DNA of 63,124 bases, filler included, from Octopus bimaculoides (Eukaryota): assembly GCF_001194135.2 (NCBI RefSeq). It is 10 parts of 9 records of this genome, joined end to end, with 100 filler letters (N's around TTAATTAATTAA, not from the genome) between each part and the next. Parts side by side here need not be neighbours in the genome. Positions count along the whole stretch, not along the records: positions 50,379 to 53,190 come from NC_068981.1; positions 53,291 to 54,434 come from NW_026304630.1; positions 54,535 to 56,694 come from NW_026361623.1; positions 56,795 to 58,789 come from NW_026341445.1; positions 58,890 to 61,835 come from NC_069006.1; positions 61,936 to 63,124 come from NW_026346627.1; 4 more parts are not named here. One strand, given 5' to 3'. Shown here one piece after another: positions 51,082-63,124 of this stretch (positions within the stretch are counted from its first letter, which is position 1; each line of letters starts with the position of its first letter). A program made the position numbers and the translations under genes. The notes below the pieces were generated by a model that was not told the origin of the DNA, made no database searches, and saw only the letters and a program-made list of their open reading frames with translations.

Positions 51082-52732
51082 CTTTCACTTTTTAATTTGG
51101 AGTAAATTTTGACAGCAATCTACATTGTAGCAGGGTTGTGATAGAAAACATCTTATTTTAAACATCTTCCTTTAAATCTTAAGTTCTTNNNNNNNNNNNN
51201 NNNNNNNNNNNNNNNNNNNNNNNNNNNNNNNNNNNNNNNNNNNNNNNNNNNNNNNNNNNNNNNNNNNNNNNNNNNNNNNNNNNNNNNNNNNNNNNNNNNN
51301 NNNNNNNNNNNNNNNNNNNNNNNNNNNNNNNNNNNNNNNNNNNNNNNNNNNNNNNNNNNNNNNNNNNNNNNNNNNNNNNNNNNNNNNNNNNNNNNNNNNN
51401 NNNNNNNNNNNNNNNNNNNNNNNNNNNNNNNNNNNNNNNNNNNNNNNNNNNNNNNNNNNNNNNNNNNNNNNNNNNNNNNNNNNNNNNNNNNNNNNNNNNN
51501 NNNNNNNNNNNNNNNNNNNNNNNNNNNNNNNNNNNNNNNNNNNNNNNNNNNNNNNNNNNNNNNNNNNNNNNNNNNNNNNNNNNNNNNNNNNNNNNNNNNN
51601 NNNNNNNNNNNNNNNNNNNNNNNNNNNNNNNNNNNNNNNNNNNNNNNNNNNNNNNNNNNNNNNNNNNNNNNNNNNNNNNNNNNNNNNNNNNNNNNNNNNN
51701 NNNNNNNNNNNNNNNNNNNNNNNNNNNNNNNNNNNNNNNNNNNNNNNNNNNNNNNNNNNNNNNNNNNNNNNNNNNNNNNNNNNNNNNNNNNNNNNNNNNN
51801 NNNNNNNNNNNNNNNNNNNNNNNNNNNNNNNNNNNNNNNNNNNNNNNNNNNNNNNNNNNNNNNNNNNNNNNNNNNNNNNNNNNNNNNNNNNNNNNNNNNN
51901 NNNNNNNNNNNNNNNNNNNNNNNNNNNNNNNNNNNNNNNNNNNNNNNNNNNNNNNNNNNNNNNNNNNNNNNNNNNNNNNNNNNNNNNNNNNNNNNNNNNN
52001 NNNNATAAATCTATGCAAATAGATCAGTAAAAAGAAAAGAAAGAAAATGGACAAAAATTAATTATAAAGCTAGATATTTGCATCTAGATATACATAAATA
52101 CATGCATACACCCACCACAATCTCCGTATATCCCCCTCCACACACACACATACACTGAGGTAGATAGATAGTTAGACAGACTTGGAGAGACAAATTAGCG
52201 AATTGGCAGAATGGTTAGTTTTAAGCACTAACTTCAGAATGTCAGTCATCCTTTCGCAGTCGACGAAATAAAATACCAACCCATCATTCGCAAAATTGCT
52301 GGAACGTCGGATAAGATGCCTTGCTGTATTTGATTCGTCTCTTAGCGATTTGTGGATCGTAGATTTAATCGCTCTTCCTGGTTAACTCTACTACTTGATG
52401 AAGAAAGAATTGGTGCCAGGTCTCTGGTTTGAAGATAACTTCCTCTTTCCATTCTCGGAGGCCTTGTAAAAATTGAATGTTGCCCTCCCCACATTAGCTA
52501 AATAGTAAAAGATAAATATGTATGCATGTATGTGTGTGTGCGCGCGCGCGTGTATGTGTGTGTGTGTGTGTGTGTGTATTTTATGTAATAGATACTGTTT
52601 GAATTACAGGAATTTAACCGTAAGTGTTTTGTGCATGTGTGCAAGTATACATACATGCGTGCATACATATATACGTTATGTGTATATATACTTATATATA
52701 TGTATATCTGTCAAGTTCTCCATCTCAATGAG

Positions 52733-52786
<54 letters not shown>

Positions 52787-53142
52787 CGTTATATGTTATA
52801 ATTTCTATGATTGTTTTGGAAACCAAGCTGACGGATACCAGCATAACAGATATTGGAACCGTGTATAGATACACTTTAGCGCATCAAACGCGTACACTCA
52901 CATGCACACACACACATCCACACACACACACACACATGCTACAGCAGATTACATTGCACACACACACACACACACACACATGCTACAACAGATTACACTG
53001 CACACACAAACACACAGACATACACACAAACACAATTATATACATGTTAACAGATTAATCTCCACGTAGAAACACGCACACCAACATAACTGTTATGCTG
53101 ATATCTGCCACATCGCTCAGTAGATTATCCAGAATGGACAGA

Positions 53143-53190
<48 letters not shown>

Positions 53191-53290
53191 NNNNNNNNNN
53201 NNNNNNNNNNNNNNNNNNNNNNNNNNNNNNNNNNTTAATTAATTAANNNNNNNNNNNNNNNNNNNNNNNNNNNNNNNNNNNNNNNNNNNN

Positions 53291-53420
53291 GAGTGAACTG
53301 GAGCGACACGAAATAAAGTGTCTTGCTCAAGAACACAACACGCAGCCCTGTCTGGGAATCGAACTCACAACCTCACAATTGTAAACTTGATGCTCTAACC
53401 ACTGAGCAATGCACCTTCAT
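53291..53420 (-). mobile_element. tRNA-derived CORE-like SINE head (family D)
   Basis: Minus strand ggttagagc...gagttcgattccc...gtgttcttgagcaagacactttatt. Confidence 0.75.
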
Positions 53421-53425
53421 ATGTA

Positions 53426-53690
53426 TATATATTAGAAAAACTAATAAGGTACTCAGAGATCTGGATGATTGTGCAGTTACAGATTTTTATTAATATGTCA
53501 CATGTTTTATTAATATTTGCGCTTGCGCCTATTCTTGTAGGGTTTTCAAATTTAAGAACCTACATATTTGAAGAACCTACAAGAATAGGTGCAAGTGCTA
53601 ATATTTATAAAACATGTGACATATTGATAAAAATCTGTAAATGTACAACCATCCAGATATCTGAGTACCTTATTATTTTTTATAATATAT
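53426..53690. repeat. Long imperfect palindrome (foldback/MITE-like), ~125-bp arms, 14-nt spacer
   Basis: The left arm ends at 53551 and the right arm starts at 53566. The arms align without large gaps. Confidence 0.9.
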
Positions 53691-53720
53691 AATTCCTGTA
53701 CATCACCTCCAAACCTTCCA

Positions 53721-53770
<50 letters not shown>

Positions 53771-54687
53771 ACAGACAAACATAGATAGATAGAGAGAGAA
53801 AGAGATACACAGACAGAGATAGATAGAGGCACCCATACACATGTTCCACACATATGTTTGTGTGTGTCTATAAGTATATACACAGACACACACATACATG
53901 CATACACATGTGTAATTTTACAACATAATCAAAACCAAGACGTGTGTTATATCAAATGAGGTGAGAGAATATCTTTAGTGGGTGGAGGGTAAAGTTGTTT
54001 GTTTTTTGCTTTTTTTCCTTTTTACTTCTTACTTTCTACAGAGTATTTTAGGTTTAGAGAAGAAAATGAGAAAGACAAACAATACTTCCTTACAAATACA
54101 AGTGGAATAAATATAACAAACAAATATTATTACCATTTCTGGCACAAAACTATTTCGTGGGAGTAATGTATTCAGGTTCTTGACACCAAATACATGTTTT
54201 ATTGGTTCTGGAAGGGTTAAAGGTACTGTTAAATTCAGAACAGAGAAGTTCAAAATTAAAAAAAAAAATTTATACCATCATAATAAACATTTCTTTTATT
54301 TTTAATTTTATTTAAACAGAATGTAAGTTAAAATAGATATACATACTTTTATATACAATAAAATATATTTAAGTATTTCCTTTTTGTAGGATTTATTGAT
54401 TATATTGATTTTCTGCATGAATGTTTATGTAGATNNNNNNNNNNNNNNNNNNNNNNNNNNNNNNNNNNNNNNNNNNNNTTAATTAATTAANNNNNNNNNN
54501 NNNNNNNNNNNNNNNNNNNNNNNNNNNNNNNNNNAAAAAATACGAAGTATGAGTACATGGAATATGAACTATTTTTTCAAACAATGAAAGACAGAAATGG
54601 AAAACAAAATGGACAACATAAAGAACAACCGTTCACCAGTTGGCTGTTTTTCTATATATATATATATATAAACGCATACATGTAAAT

Positions 54688-54848
54688 ACTAAGGCATGGA
54701 TGTATGGTGAAACAACTTGCTTTACAACCCTGACGTTTTGGTATCAGTTCTCCTGCATGATTGTGGAAGTGTTTTTCTCCTCTAGTCACAGGGTGACCAA
54801 AACCTTTGTGAGTAGATATGGCAGATGTAAAACGATAGAAGCCTGCTG
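54688..54848 (+). mobile_element. Diverged SINE family A copy
   Basis: gtgaccaaaacctttgtgagtagatatggcagatg. Confidence 0.6.
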
Positions 54849-55071
54849 AATCTATCTGTCTATCTATTTATCTGTTTATCTATCTATCTATTTATTTATC
54901 TATCTGTTTAAGTAGCTAGCTATCGATCTATTAATTTATCTGCACGTCTATCAATGTAGCTCTCTATCTACCTACCTACCTATTTCTTTATCTGTCTAGC
55001 TATATATGTACCTATTTATTTATCTATCTACCTATCTATTTGTTTAACTAGCTAGCTATAGATCTATCTAT

Positions 55072-55131
<60 letters not shown>

Positions 55132-55177
55132 TTATATATGTATTTATATATAATATAGACCTAGATATATATATGCT

Positions 55178-55210
<33 letters not shown>

Positions 55211-57226
55211 TNNNNNNNNNNNNNNNNNNNNNNNNNNNNNNNNNNNNNNNNNNNNNNNNNNNNNNNNNNNNNNNNNNNNNNNNNNNNNNNNNNNNNNNNN
55301 NNNNNNNNNNNNNNNNNNNNNNNNNNNNNNNNNNNNNNNNNNNNNNNNNNNNNNNNNNNNNNNNNNNNNNNNNNNNNNNNNNNNNNNNNNNNNNNNNNNN
55401 NNNNNNNNNNNNNNNNNNNNNNNNNNNNNNNNNNNNNNNNNNNNNNNNNNNNNNNNNNNNNNNNNNNNNNNNNNNNNNNNNNNNNNNNNNNNNNNNNNNN
55501 NNNNNNNNNNNNNNNNNNNNNNNNNNNNNNNNNNNNNNNNNNNNNNNNNNNNNNNNNNNNNNNNNNNNNNNNNNNNNNNNNNNNNNNNNNNNNNNNNNNN
55601 NNNNNNNNNNNNNNNNNNNNNNNNNNNNNNNNNNNNNNNNNNNNNNNNNNNNNNNNNNNNNNNNNNNNNNNNNNNNNNNNNNNNNNNNNNNNNNNNNNNN
55701 NNNNNNNNNNNNNNNNNNNNNNNNNNNNNNNNNNNNNNNNNNNNNNNNNNNNNNNNNNNNNNNNNNNNNNNNNNNNNNNNNNNNNNNNNNNNNNNNNNNN
55801 NNNNNNNNNNNNNNNNNNNNNNNNNNNNNNNNNNNNNNNNNNNNNNNNNNNNNNNNNNNNNNNNNNNNNNNNNNNNNNNNNNNNNNNNNNNNNNNNNNNN
55901 NNNNNNNNNNNNNNNNNNNNNNNNNNNNNNNNNNNNNNNNNNNNNNNNNNNNNNNNNNNNNNNNNNNNNNNNNNNNNNNNNNNNNNNNNNNNNNNNNNNN
56001 NNNNNNNNNNNNNNNNNNNNNNNNNNNNNNNNNNNNNCAGTTCAATCCGTACAATGCATGGCCTTTTATTCCTTATTGATGGATTACAAAAATCTATTTT
56101 TGTCATCATTACAGTTGGTGGCCCAATGATGTGGCAGGCATTTTGTATAACATAATGCATGAATAATGAATATAATCCCATGCTACTAAAACATATGTAG
56201 CATGGATGGAAGAGTTATTGTCCATTTTTCTCCTTTTATCGGTGTAGCAGTCATCTCCGGCCATAGTGCTGATGTTAATGCTGCTATCAAGTTGTCAGTG
56301 TAGGCACCTCAAGTGGCAGAGGCACATCACTTAGATATAACAACGTCAGCAGCAGCTCCAAAACCACCATCACTGTTGCCAGGGATGACTACTACACCAG
56401 CAACAACAAAATCACCAGACCCACGTCCTGTAATAACAGCAGCAGCAGCAATGACAACGGTCCCAATAACAGCAGCAGCAACATCAAGCCCAGGACCAAT
56501 TGAAGAAACACTCTAGATGATAACACAACAAACACTCAATTTGAGAGATATACATGTTTGGCTTGAACTGCCTTTAGGCGACACTTGTACAACAATTGGT
56601 ACTCTTTTAGAATTCCGGGAAGACATTATATCAGATCCCTGGCCTACCACATGTGGCACCTTAAGGATGAAGGAATTATATATGTAATTAAATGNNNNNN
56701 NNNNNNNNNNNNNNNNNNNNNNNNNNNNNNNNNNNNNNTTAATTAATTAANNNNNNNNNNNNNNNNNNNNNNNNNNNNNNNNNNNNNNNNNNNNATGTAT
56801 GTATGTATGTATGTATGTATGTATCTACGTATGCATGTATGTATATGAAATAATAATTTCTTTAATTGGATCTCGAAGTAAATACAATTCTATAAAAATA
56901 GCACATTAGTTTGAAAACCTCTTTTGGGTAGCAAAAGTCAAAGGCTTCTCTCTAGAAGAGGTTTTCAACCCAATATTTACATGCTGTTATGTATAACTTT
57001 ATATGTATTTCGAGTTGCAATTTGAAAGAATTATTTCATGTTTCTTCGAAAGCTTCTATCGGATCTTTTTTAAAACGGGGGCCACATTTTTCATTAACGA
57101 AACACTTTGAAACTTGGAACACTGGTAGAATGTGCCATATAAAACATCTTTTTCTCTTAGTCTTCTTAAAAATAAAAGAAATCCCTAACTTATTCCATGT
57201 TAAAGTTGTCGTATTTCTGTAATTTC

Positions 57227-57449
57227 AACCAATCACTGACGTCCATTCAGCCGATATACATTAAGTGCCGACTACATAAATAAACGATTCTGAAACAATT
57301 CTATCGGTGATAGGGTTAAGGTTAGGGTAAAACAGCAAATTTAAAAAGAAAAAAGCAAGACGAAGCTATGGAAATTAAATACGCTTTACATCGCTTAATC
57401 AGCCAAAGGGAGTAAATGTAAACAACTGAATACTTGTCAGTGATTGGTT
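57227..57449. mobile_element. MITE-like element with inverted repeats, right end lost in a gap
   Basis: aaccaatcactgac at 57227-57240 and gtcagtgattggtt at 57436-57449, with internal agggttaaggttaggg. Confidence 0.6.
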
Positions 57450-58889
57450 NNNNNNNNNNNNNNNNNNNNNNNNNNNNNNNNNNNNNNNNNNNNNNNNNNN
57501 NNNNNNNNNNNNNNNNNNNNNNNNNNNNNNNNNNNNNNNNNNNNNNNNNNNNNNNNNNNNNNNNNNNNNNNNNNNNNNNNNNNNNNNNNNNNNNNNNNNN
57601 NNNNNNNNNNNNNNNNNNNNNNNNNNNNNNNNNNNNNNNNNNNNNNNNNNNNNNNNNNNNNNNNNNNNNNNNNNNNNNNNNNNNNNNNNNNNNNNNNNNN
57701 NNNNNNNNNNNNNNNNNNNNNNNNNNNNNNNNNNNNNNNNNNNNNNNNNNNNNNNNNNNNNNNNNNNNNNNNNNNNNNNNNNNNNNNNNNNNNNNNNNNN
57801 NNNNNNNNNNNNNNNNNNNNNNNNNNNNNNNNNNNNNNNNNNNNNNNNNNNNNNNNNNNNNNNNNNNNNNNNNNNNNNNNNNNNNNNNNNNNNNNNNNNN
57901 NNNNNNNNNNNNNNNNNNNNNNNNNNNNNNNNNNNNNNNNNNNNNNNNNNNNNNNNNNNNNNNNNNNNNNNNNNNNNNNNNNNNNNNNNNNNNNNNNNNN
58001 NNNNNNNNNNNNNNNNNNNNNNNNNNNNNNNNNNNNNNNNNNNNNNNNNNNNNNNNNNNNNNNNNNNNNNNNNNNNNNNNNNNNNNNNNNNNNNNNNNNN
58101 NNNNNNNNNNNNNNNNNNNNNNNNNNNNNNNNNNNNNNNNNNNNNNNNNNNNNNNNNNNNNNNNNNNNNNNNNNNNNNNNNNNNNNNNNNNNNNNNNNNN
58201 NNNNNNNNNNNNNNNNNNNNNNNNNNNNNNNATATATATATATCTGTGAGTAGAACACTAGATTTTTATATATGAAAAATTCTATAAAAGATAAGAAGGG
58301 AGAAAGTGAAAGAAGAGAGAATGTGAAATTACTTAAGCAACTTTAGCTATTGCTAGACTGTTGTTAGAAATCAAATGTCATTGTGGTTGAAAAACCATTT
58401 AAACAGGAAAGTAAATTGAGGTGCATATTCTATAAATAGTTGTTAGTTTATGGCATATAACCTAGCATATGAATCATGTTCATATTTGACACATAAAGAT
58501 CCTTTAATATTGAAACTTGTCGGTCACTGGTATCTGACTGTCCTTGTTTATGTAGGAATGCCTGTATGTATGCACTAATTCTGACACGATTTTGGTGGGA
58601 ACAGGTTTTATAGAAATCTTACTTTGGTGACTAAACATTTATTCAATGGATAATACAAATCCATCAGTTTTCTACATACATACAAACATACATAAATATA
58701 TACATACATACATACATACATACTAGTTCGTTAAGAAAATCTCTATCATATATATATATATACATACATACATATATATATATATATATNNNNNNNNNNN
58801 NNNNNNNNNNNNNNNNNNNNNNNNNNNNNNNNNTTAATTAATTAANNNNNNNNNNNNNNNNNNNNNNNNNNNNNNNNNNNNNNNNNNNN

Positions 58890-59960
58890 CTGTCTCACTT
58901 ATACTGTTTATAATATTCAGGTAGTGTTGTTTCTTAATTCACTTTGGCCATGACACATTTTGATAGAATACACTCATTCCATTTGTTATCTGAGACTTCT
59001 TTTCTTTGAACAAATGAGTTCCAAAGATGATTGTCTCGCTTTTTCTGCTTATAATATTCAGTCTGTGTTCTTTCTTACTTGTGTTTGACCTTGACACATG
59101 TTGATGGAATTCACTCTGTTCACCAAAATTCCTTTTATGTTTGAAGAGACAACTTTCAAAGATGATTGTCTTGCTTTTTCTGTTTATAATATTCAGTCAG
59201 TATTGTTTGTTAATTGTGTTTGACCATTACATATCTTGATGGAATTCACACTTTTCTTTTGACCAAATAATTGAAGATTGCTTTTCTCTGCAAAGACAAC
59301 TTTCAATGTAATATTGTTTCTTAATTCAATTTGGCCATGACACATCTTGACAGAATACACTCGTTCCATTCGGTATCTGAGACTTCTTTTCTTTGAAGAG
59401 ACAAGTTCCAAAGATGTTTGTCTCGCTTTTTCTGTTCATAATATCCAGTCAGAGTTGTTTGTTAATTGGATTTGCCCATGACACATCTTGGTTCGATATC
59501 CGAGACCAAACTGATTCAAGGTTTATTTTCTTTCAAAAGACAACTTCCAAGAATGACTGTCTCACTTATACTGTTTATAATATTCAGGTAGTGTTGTTGC
59601 TTAATTCACTTTGGCCATGACACATTTTGATAGAATACACTCGTTCTTTTCAATATCTGAGACTTCTTTTCTTTGAAGAGACAAGTTCCAAACATCTTTG
59701 TCTTGCTTTTTCTGTTTAAAATATCCAGTCAGTGTTGTTTGTTAATTGTATTTGCCCATGACACATCCTGGTGGAATTCACTCTTTCATTCGATATCTCA
59801 GACCAAACTGATTCAAGATTTGTTTTCTTTGAAGAGACAATTTCCAAGGACGACTGTCTCGCTTTCTCTGTTTATAATATTCAGTCAGTGTTGTTTGTTA
59901 ATTGTGTTTGGCCATGACACATCTTGATGGAATTCACTCTTTTCATTCAATATTTCAGAC
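58890..59960. repeat. Tandem satellite, ~140-bp monomer, at least 8 copies
   Basis: The anchor catgacacat (or variant) occurs at 58949, 59090, 59225, 59336, 59477, 59616, 59757 and 59913. Confidence 0.9.
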
Positions 59961-60114
59961 TAAATTGATTTTAACATTTCTCTTAGAAGAGAACACTTTC
60001 ACAACTTGGTCATGTAACTTCTACTGTTTATATAGATAGATACATTAGGTGTCCTTGTTGTATCTTTCCATGACAATCCTGGTGGACTCATATTGTTTAA
60101 TGCTATATTACCAT

Positions 60115-60300
60115 CCTGATTATGTAATATCCATGTTTAATGCTTGCATGGGTTGGGACATTTTGGCAGGATTTGAATAGCCCAAGGACTGAATCATATT
60201 CTAGTGACTGTTCTGGCATGGTTTCTACAGCTGGATGCCCTTCCTAACGCCATCCACTACTGCAGAGTGGATTGGGTGCTTTTTCTCATGGCACTAGCAC
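60115..60300 (-). mobile_element. SINE family C-related copy
   Basis: ctacagctggatgcccttcctaacgcc core and gcatgggttgg tail. Confidence 0.7.
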
Positions 60301-60689
60301 TTCCCATTTTATCATGCAGCTCAGCTAACTACAAATTCCAAGAGAGTAGGGTGTAGAGGTTATGCTACGGGATGAGGGGAGAAAATATGAGAGAAGGGTG
60401 TGGCCAGAGCAGGTTGATGTTTTAGAGGAGTTGCATCACTACTCACATTTAGAAGAGAATAAGAGAANNNNNNNNNNGAGAATGATCAGTCGAAGATGCA
60501 AGGAAATAAATGGTGGTGATGGAGTGTCCAGGTAGCCCCTCAAGGCACAATGTAAGTAGAAGTGGATGTGTGGATCTCTGGTTCGAGATCTTTCTTTAGT
60601 GGGGACAAGTTTTCCAAAGTTGATTGTTAAAGTTTTAATTATTATAGAGATACAGTCAGTATCCATTCTTCATTGTGTCTAGCCATGAG

Positions 60690-60945
60690 ATAGCTCCTTC
60701 CTGTGTCTTGCAGACTCATGGGGTCAGATTTCCCGTTTACCCTTTTCTGTGGAATATATACATTTACCTGCCGGATGGGTTGCCAGCCATTGCAGGAATA
60801 CTCATTTTTGCCAGTTGAATGGACTGGAGCAGCATAAAATGAAGTGTTTTGTTCAAGAACACAATGCCTTGTCTAGTCTAGGAATTGAAACCAGTCTCAT
60901 GGTCATGAGTCCAACATGCTAACCACCAAGACACATTCCTCCACT
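60690..60945 (-). mobile_element. SINE family D copy, CpG-decayed
   Basis: Similarity to 53291-53420 and 37255-37520. Confidence 0.65.
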
Positions 60946-61144
60946 AAACATAACATATTCGAGTGGAATTGTTTGTTTTCAATCAATATCATAGACCGGA
61001 TTGATTTTAAATCTGACTTAGAAACAATACTGTATTTGATGGCAGAAGAGATTCACAAGTATATTTGATGGACCCCATGTTCTGTAGTGCTTATAAAGGG
61101 GGAACACGCCTTAGTGCATCAAAGCTTGTAATATGAGCCCAACT

Positions 61145-61437
61145 TGAGGCAGTGAGTTGGTAAGCCAGGTAAAATGCTTAGTGGCTTTTTGTCTGTCTTT
61201 ACATTCTGAGTTCAAATCTCACTGAAGTCATCTTTGCCTTACATCCCTTTCTGGGTCAATAAAATAAAGTATAGGCACAGGAATGGCTGTGTGGTAAGTA
61301 GCTTGCTTACCAACGACATGGTTCCGGGTTCAGTCCCACTGCATGGCACCTTGGGTAAGTGTCTTCTACTATAACCTCGGGCCGACCAAAGCGTTGTGAG
61401 TGGATATGGAAGATGGAAACTGAAAGAAGTCTGTCAT
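61145..61437 (+). mobile_element. SINE family B fragment directly followed by a family A copy (61268-61437)
   Basis: Consensus matches for both families. Confidence 0.8.
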
Positions 61438-61491
61438 ATATATATATATATTTAAGAATTTAAGGAATGGCAAAAACGCATGTTATAATTG

Positions 61492-61590
61492 CATACTTTA
61501 TTCCTACATATGTTTCAAAGGATTACAACCTGTGTGATCCATAGGGATCTTTGATATTAAAATTGTAACCTTCTCATCAGGGAAAGCATG
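61492..61590 (-). ncRNA. Type I hammerhead ribozyme (solo), predicted cleavage after 61505 (GUA)
   Basis: CAUGCU-UUCC-CUGAUGA-GAAGG-UUACAA...UUGUAA-U-CCUUU-GAAA-C-AUAU-G-UA-GGAA-UAA-AGUAUG. Stem I is 4+6 bp across a 3-nt bulge, stem II is 5+6 bp, and the stem III loop is palindromic. Confidence 0.8.
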
Positions 61591-61935
61591 GGAATCATCT
61601 TAAACGTAAGACATTATGACCGATTATGAAAACAATAGATGGATAAGGTTATGACTTGATTCATTAAAAAAAAACCGTTAGAGAATTGGACGCTGCCGGA
61701 TAGTGGGTTGGACAACACATACCTATAAATGTGTGAGAACGTACATGCATACATAAATACATATACACAAACACACACATACATGCATACTGATACACAC
61801 ACACATATATATATATATGTATATACATATACATANNNNNNNNNNNNNNNNNNNNNNNNNNNNNNNNNNNNNNNNNNNNTTAATTAATTAANNNNNNNNN
61901 NNNNNNNNNNNNNNNNNNNNNNNNNNNNNNNNNNN

Positions 61936-63124
61936 CTGAGTAAAAAGTAAGCAACCATAAAGAATTTGTACCGTATTTTTGCAGAGTTAGACTTTTTTCA
62001 AAACAGTTTTTTTGCAATTGTCTGATAATACAGACATTGACTTGCCCAAATGCATCAGTAAATTAACTTTGAAATTTTTTTTCACCTTTGTTGCAGTCAT
62101 CTGGAACTTTCAAAGCGTGATATTCAAGCAATTTTGCTATTCAACTTCATAAAAGGACGTAAAGCAGCTGAAACTGTTCACGATATCAATGAAACGTTTG
62201 GTGAGGAAATGACCAGTGAGTGATCAGCTCGAAAATGGTTTAAACGATTTCGCATGGAGACTTGAGCCTAGTGGACACCTATCTGCTATCGATGACGATC
62301 AATTAAAGACCGTCATTGAGAATGATCCACATAATGATCCACTCGAGAACTGGCAAAAGAACTTCAAGTTAGCCACAAAACTGCCTGCAACCATTTGCAT
62401 GCGATCGGAAAATCAAAAAGGCCCGACAAATGGGTACCACACGATTTGAATGAAAATTAGAAAATGCGCAGATATGAAATTTGCTCGTCGCTTCTTCTCC
62501 GTAGCCAGACAGATCCATTTCTCGACCGTATTGTAACTTGCGATGAAAAGTGGATTCTGTACAATAAAAGAAAAAAACGTTTCTCGCAGTGCTTGGACCA
62601 AAATGAAGCACCTAAACCCGAGCCCTTCAAAAAGAAGGTTATGGTGACTGTTTGATGGTGTACTATTTGACTTATCCACTATAACTTCTTAAAACCCGGA
62701 AAATATGCAGAAGCATATTGCCATGAAATTGCCAAAATGAACGAAAAACTGCTACTTCTCGGTCCCAGACTGGTCAACAGAAGAGGACCAATCATTCTTC
62801 ATGACAATGCTCGACCACACGTTTCACTAATGACACTCCAGAAGTTGAGGGAACTTGGCTACGAAGTTCTTCCCGACCCAGCTTATTCCACAGACCTTTC
62901 TCCTACCGACTACCACTTTTTCAAGCACCCTGATGGTTTCCTGCGAGGAGTTCAAAAATCAAACCGAAACTGAAAGTGTGTTCAAAGAGTTCATCAGCTC
63001 CAGAATTCCAGATTTTTATGTTACCAGAATAAACTTGTAACTGGTTGGTAAAAATGTGTTGAATACAATGGAACTTACTTTGATGAATAAAATTTCCGCA
63101 TTGTTGAAATATATTGCGATGAAT
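61936..63124 (+). mobile_element. Degenerate mariner transposon, cecropia/Hsmar1-like
   Basis: WVPHDLNEN, PFLDRIVTCDEKWILY, KKVMVTV, GPIILHDNARPHV, YSTDLSPTDYHFFKH and KCVEYNGTYFDE* (stop 63088-63090). Frameshifted. Confidence 0.92.

Noticed and set aside
56313-56516. 67-aa Thr/Ala/Pro-rich ORF
   Set aside because: Low-complexity CAN-repeat derivative with a GTG start and no recognisable domain or clear splice context.

Overview
AT-rich, microsatellite-saturated animal genomic DNA. The SINE families, repeat density and gene content point to a cephalopod, probably Octopus (inference). The window is not one contig: nine 100-bp spacers (44 N + TTAATTAATTAA + 44 N) split it into ten segments whose true adjacency is unproven. 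The only clear host gene is one large minus-strand coding exon of an ABCC10/MRP7-type ABC transporter (15145-16728). The rest is mobile DNA: R4/Dong, CR1-group and RTE LINE remnants, two Tc1 and two mariner remnants, several MITEs (two piggyBac-type), a Helitron-like end, four tRNA- or RTE-related SINE families and a ~140-bp satellite. The most interesting signal is ribozyme-related. A Penelope-like GIY-YIG endonuclease ORF (8590-9468) is enclosed by ~162-bp inverted repeats, each carrying a type I hammerhead ribozyme. An unrelated hammerhead of the same unusual design lies at 61492-61590 (minus): palindromic 4-nt stem III loop and a long stem II insertion with its own hairpin. A second candidate is an RTE-linked SINE whose body has covarying stems and a 62-nt tandem double-hairpin array.
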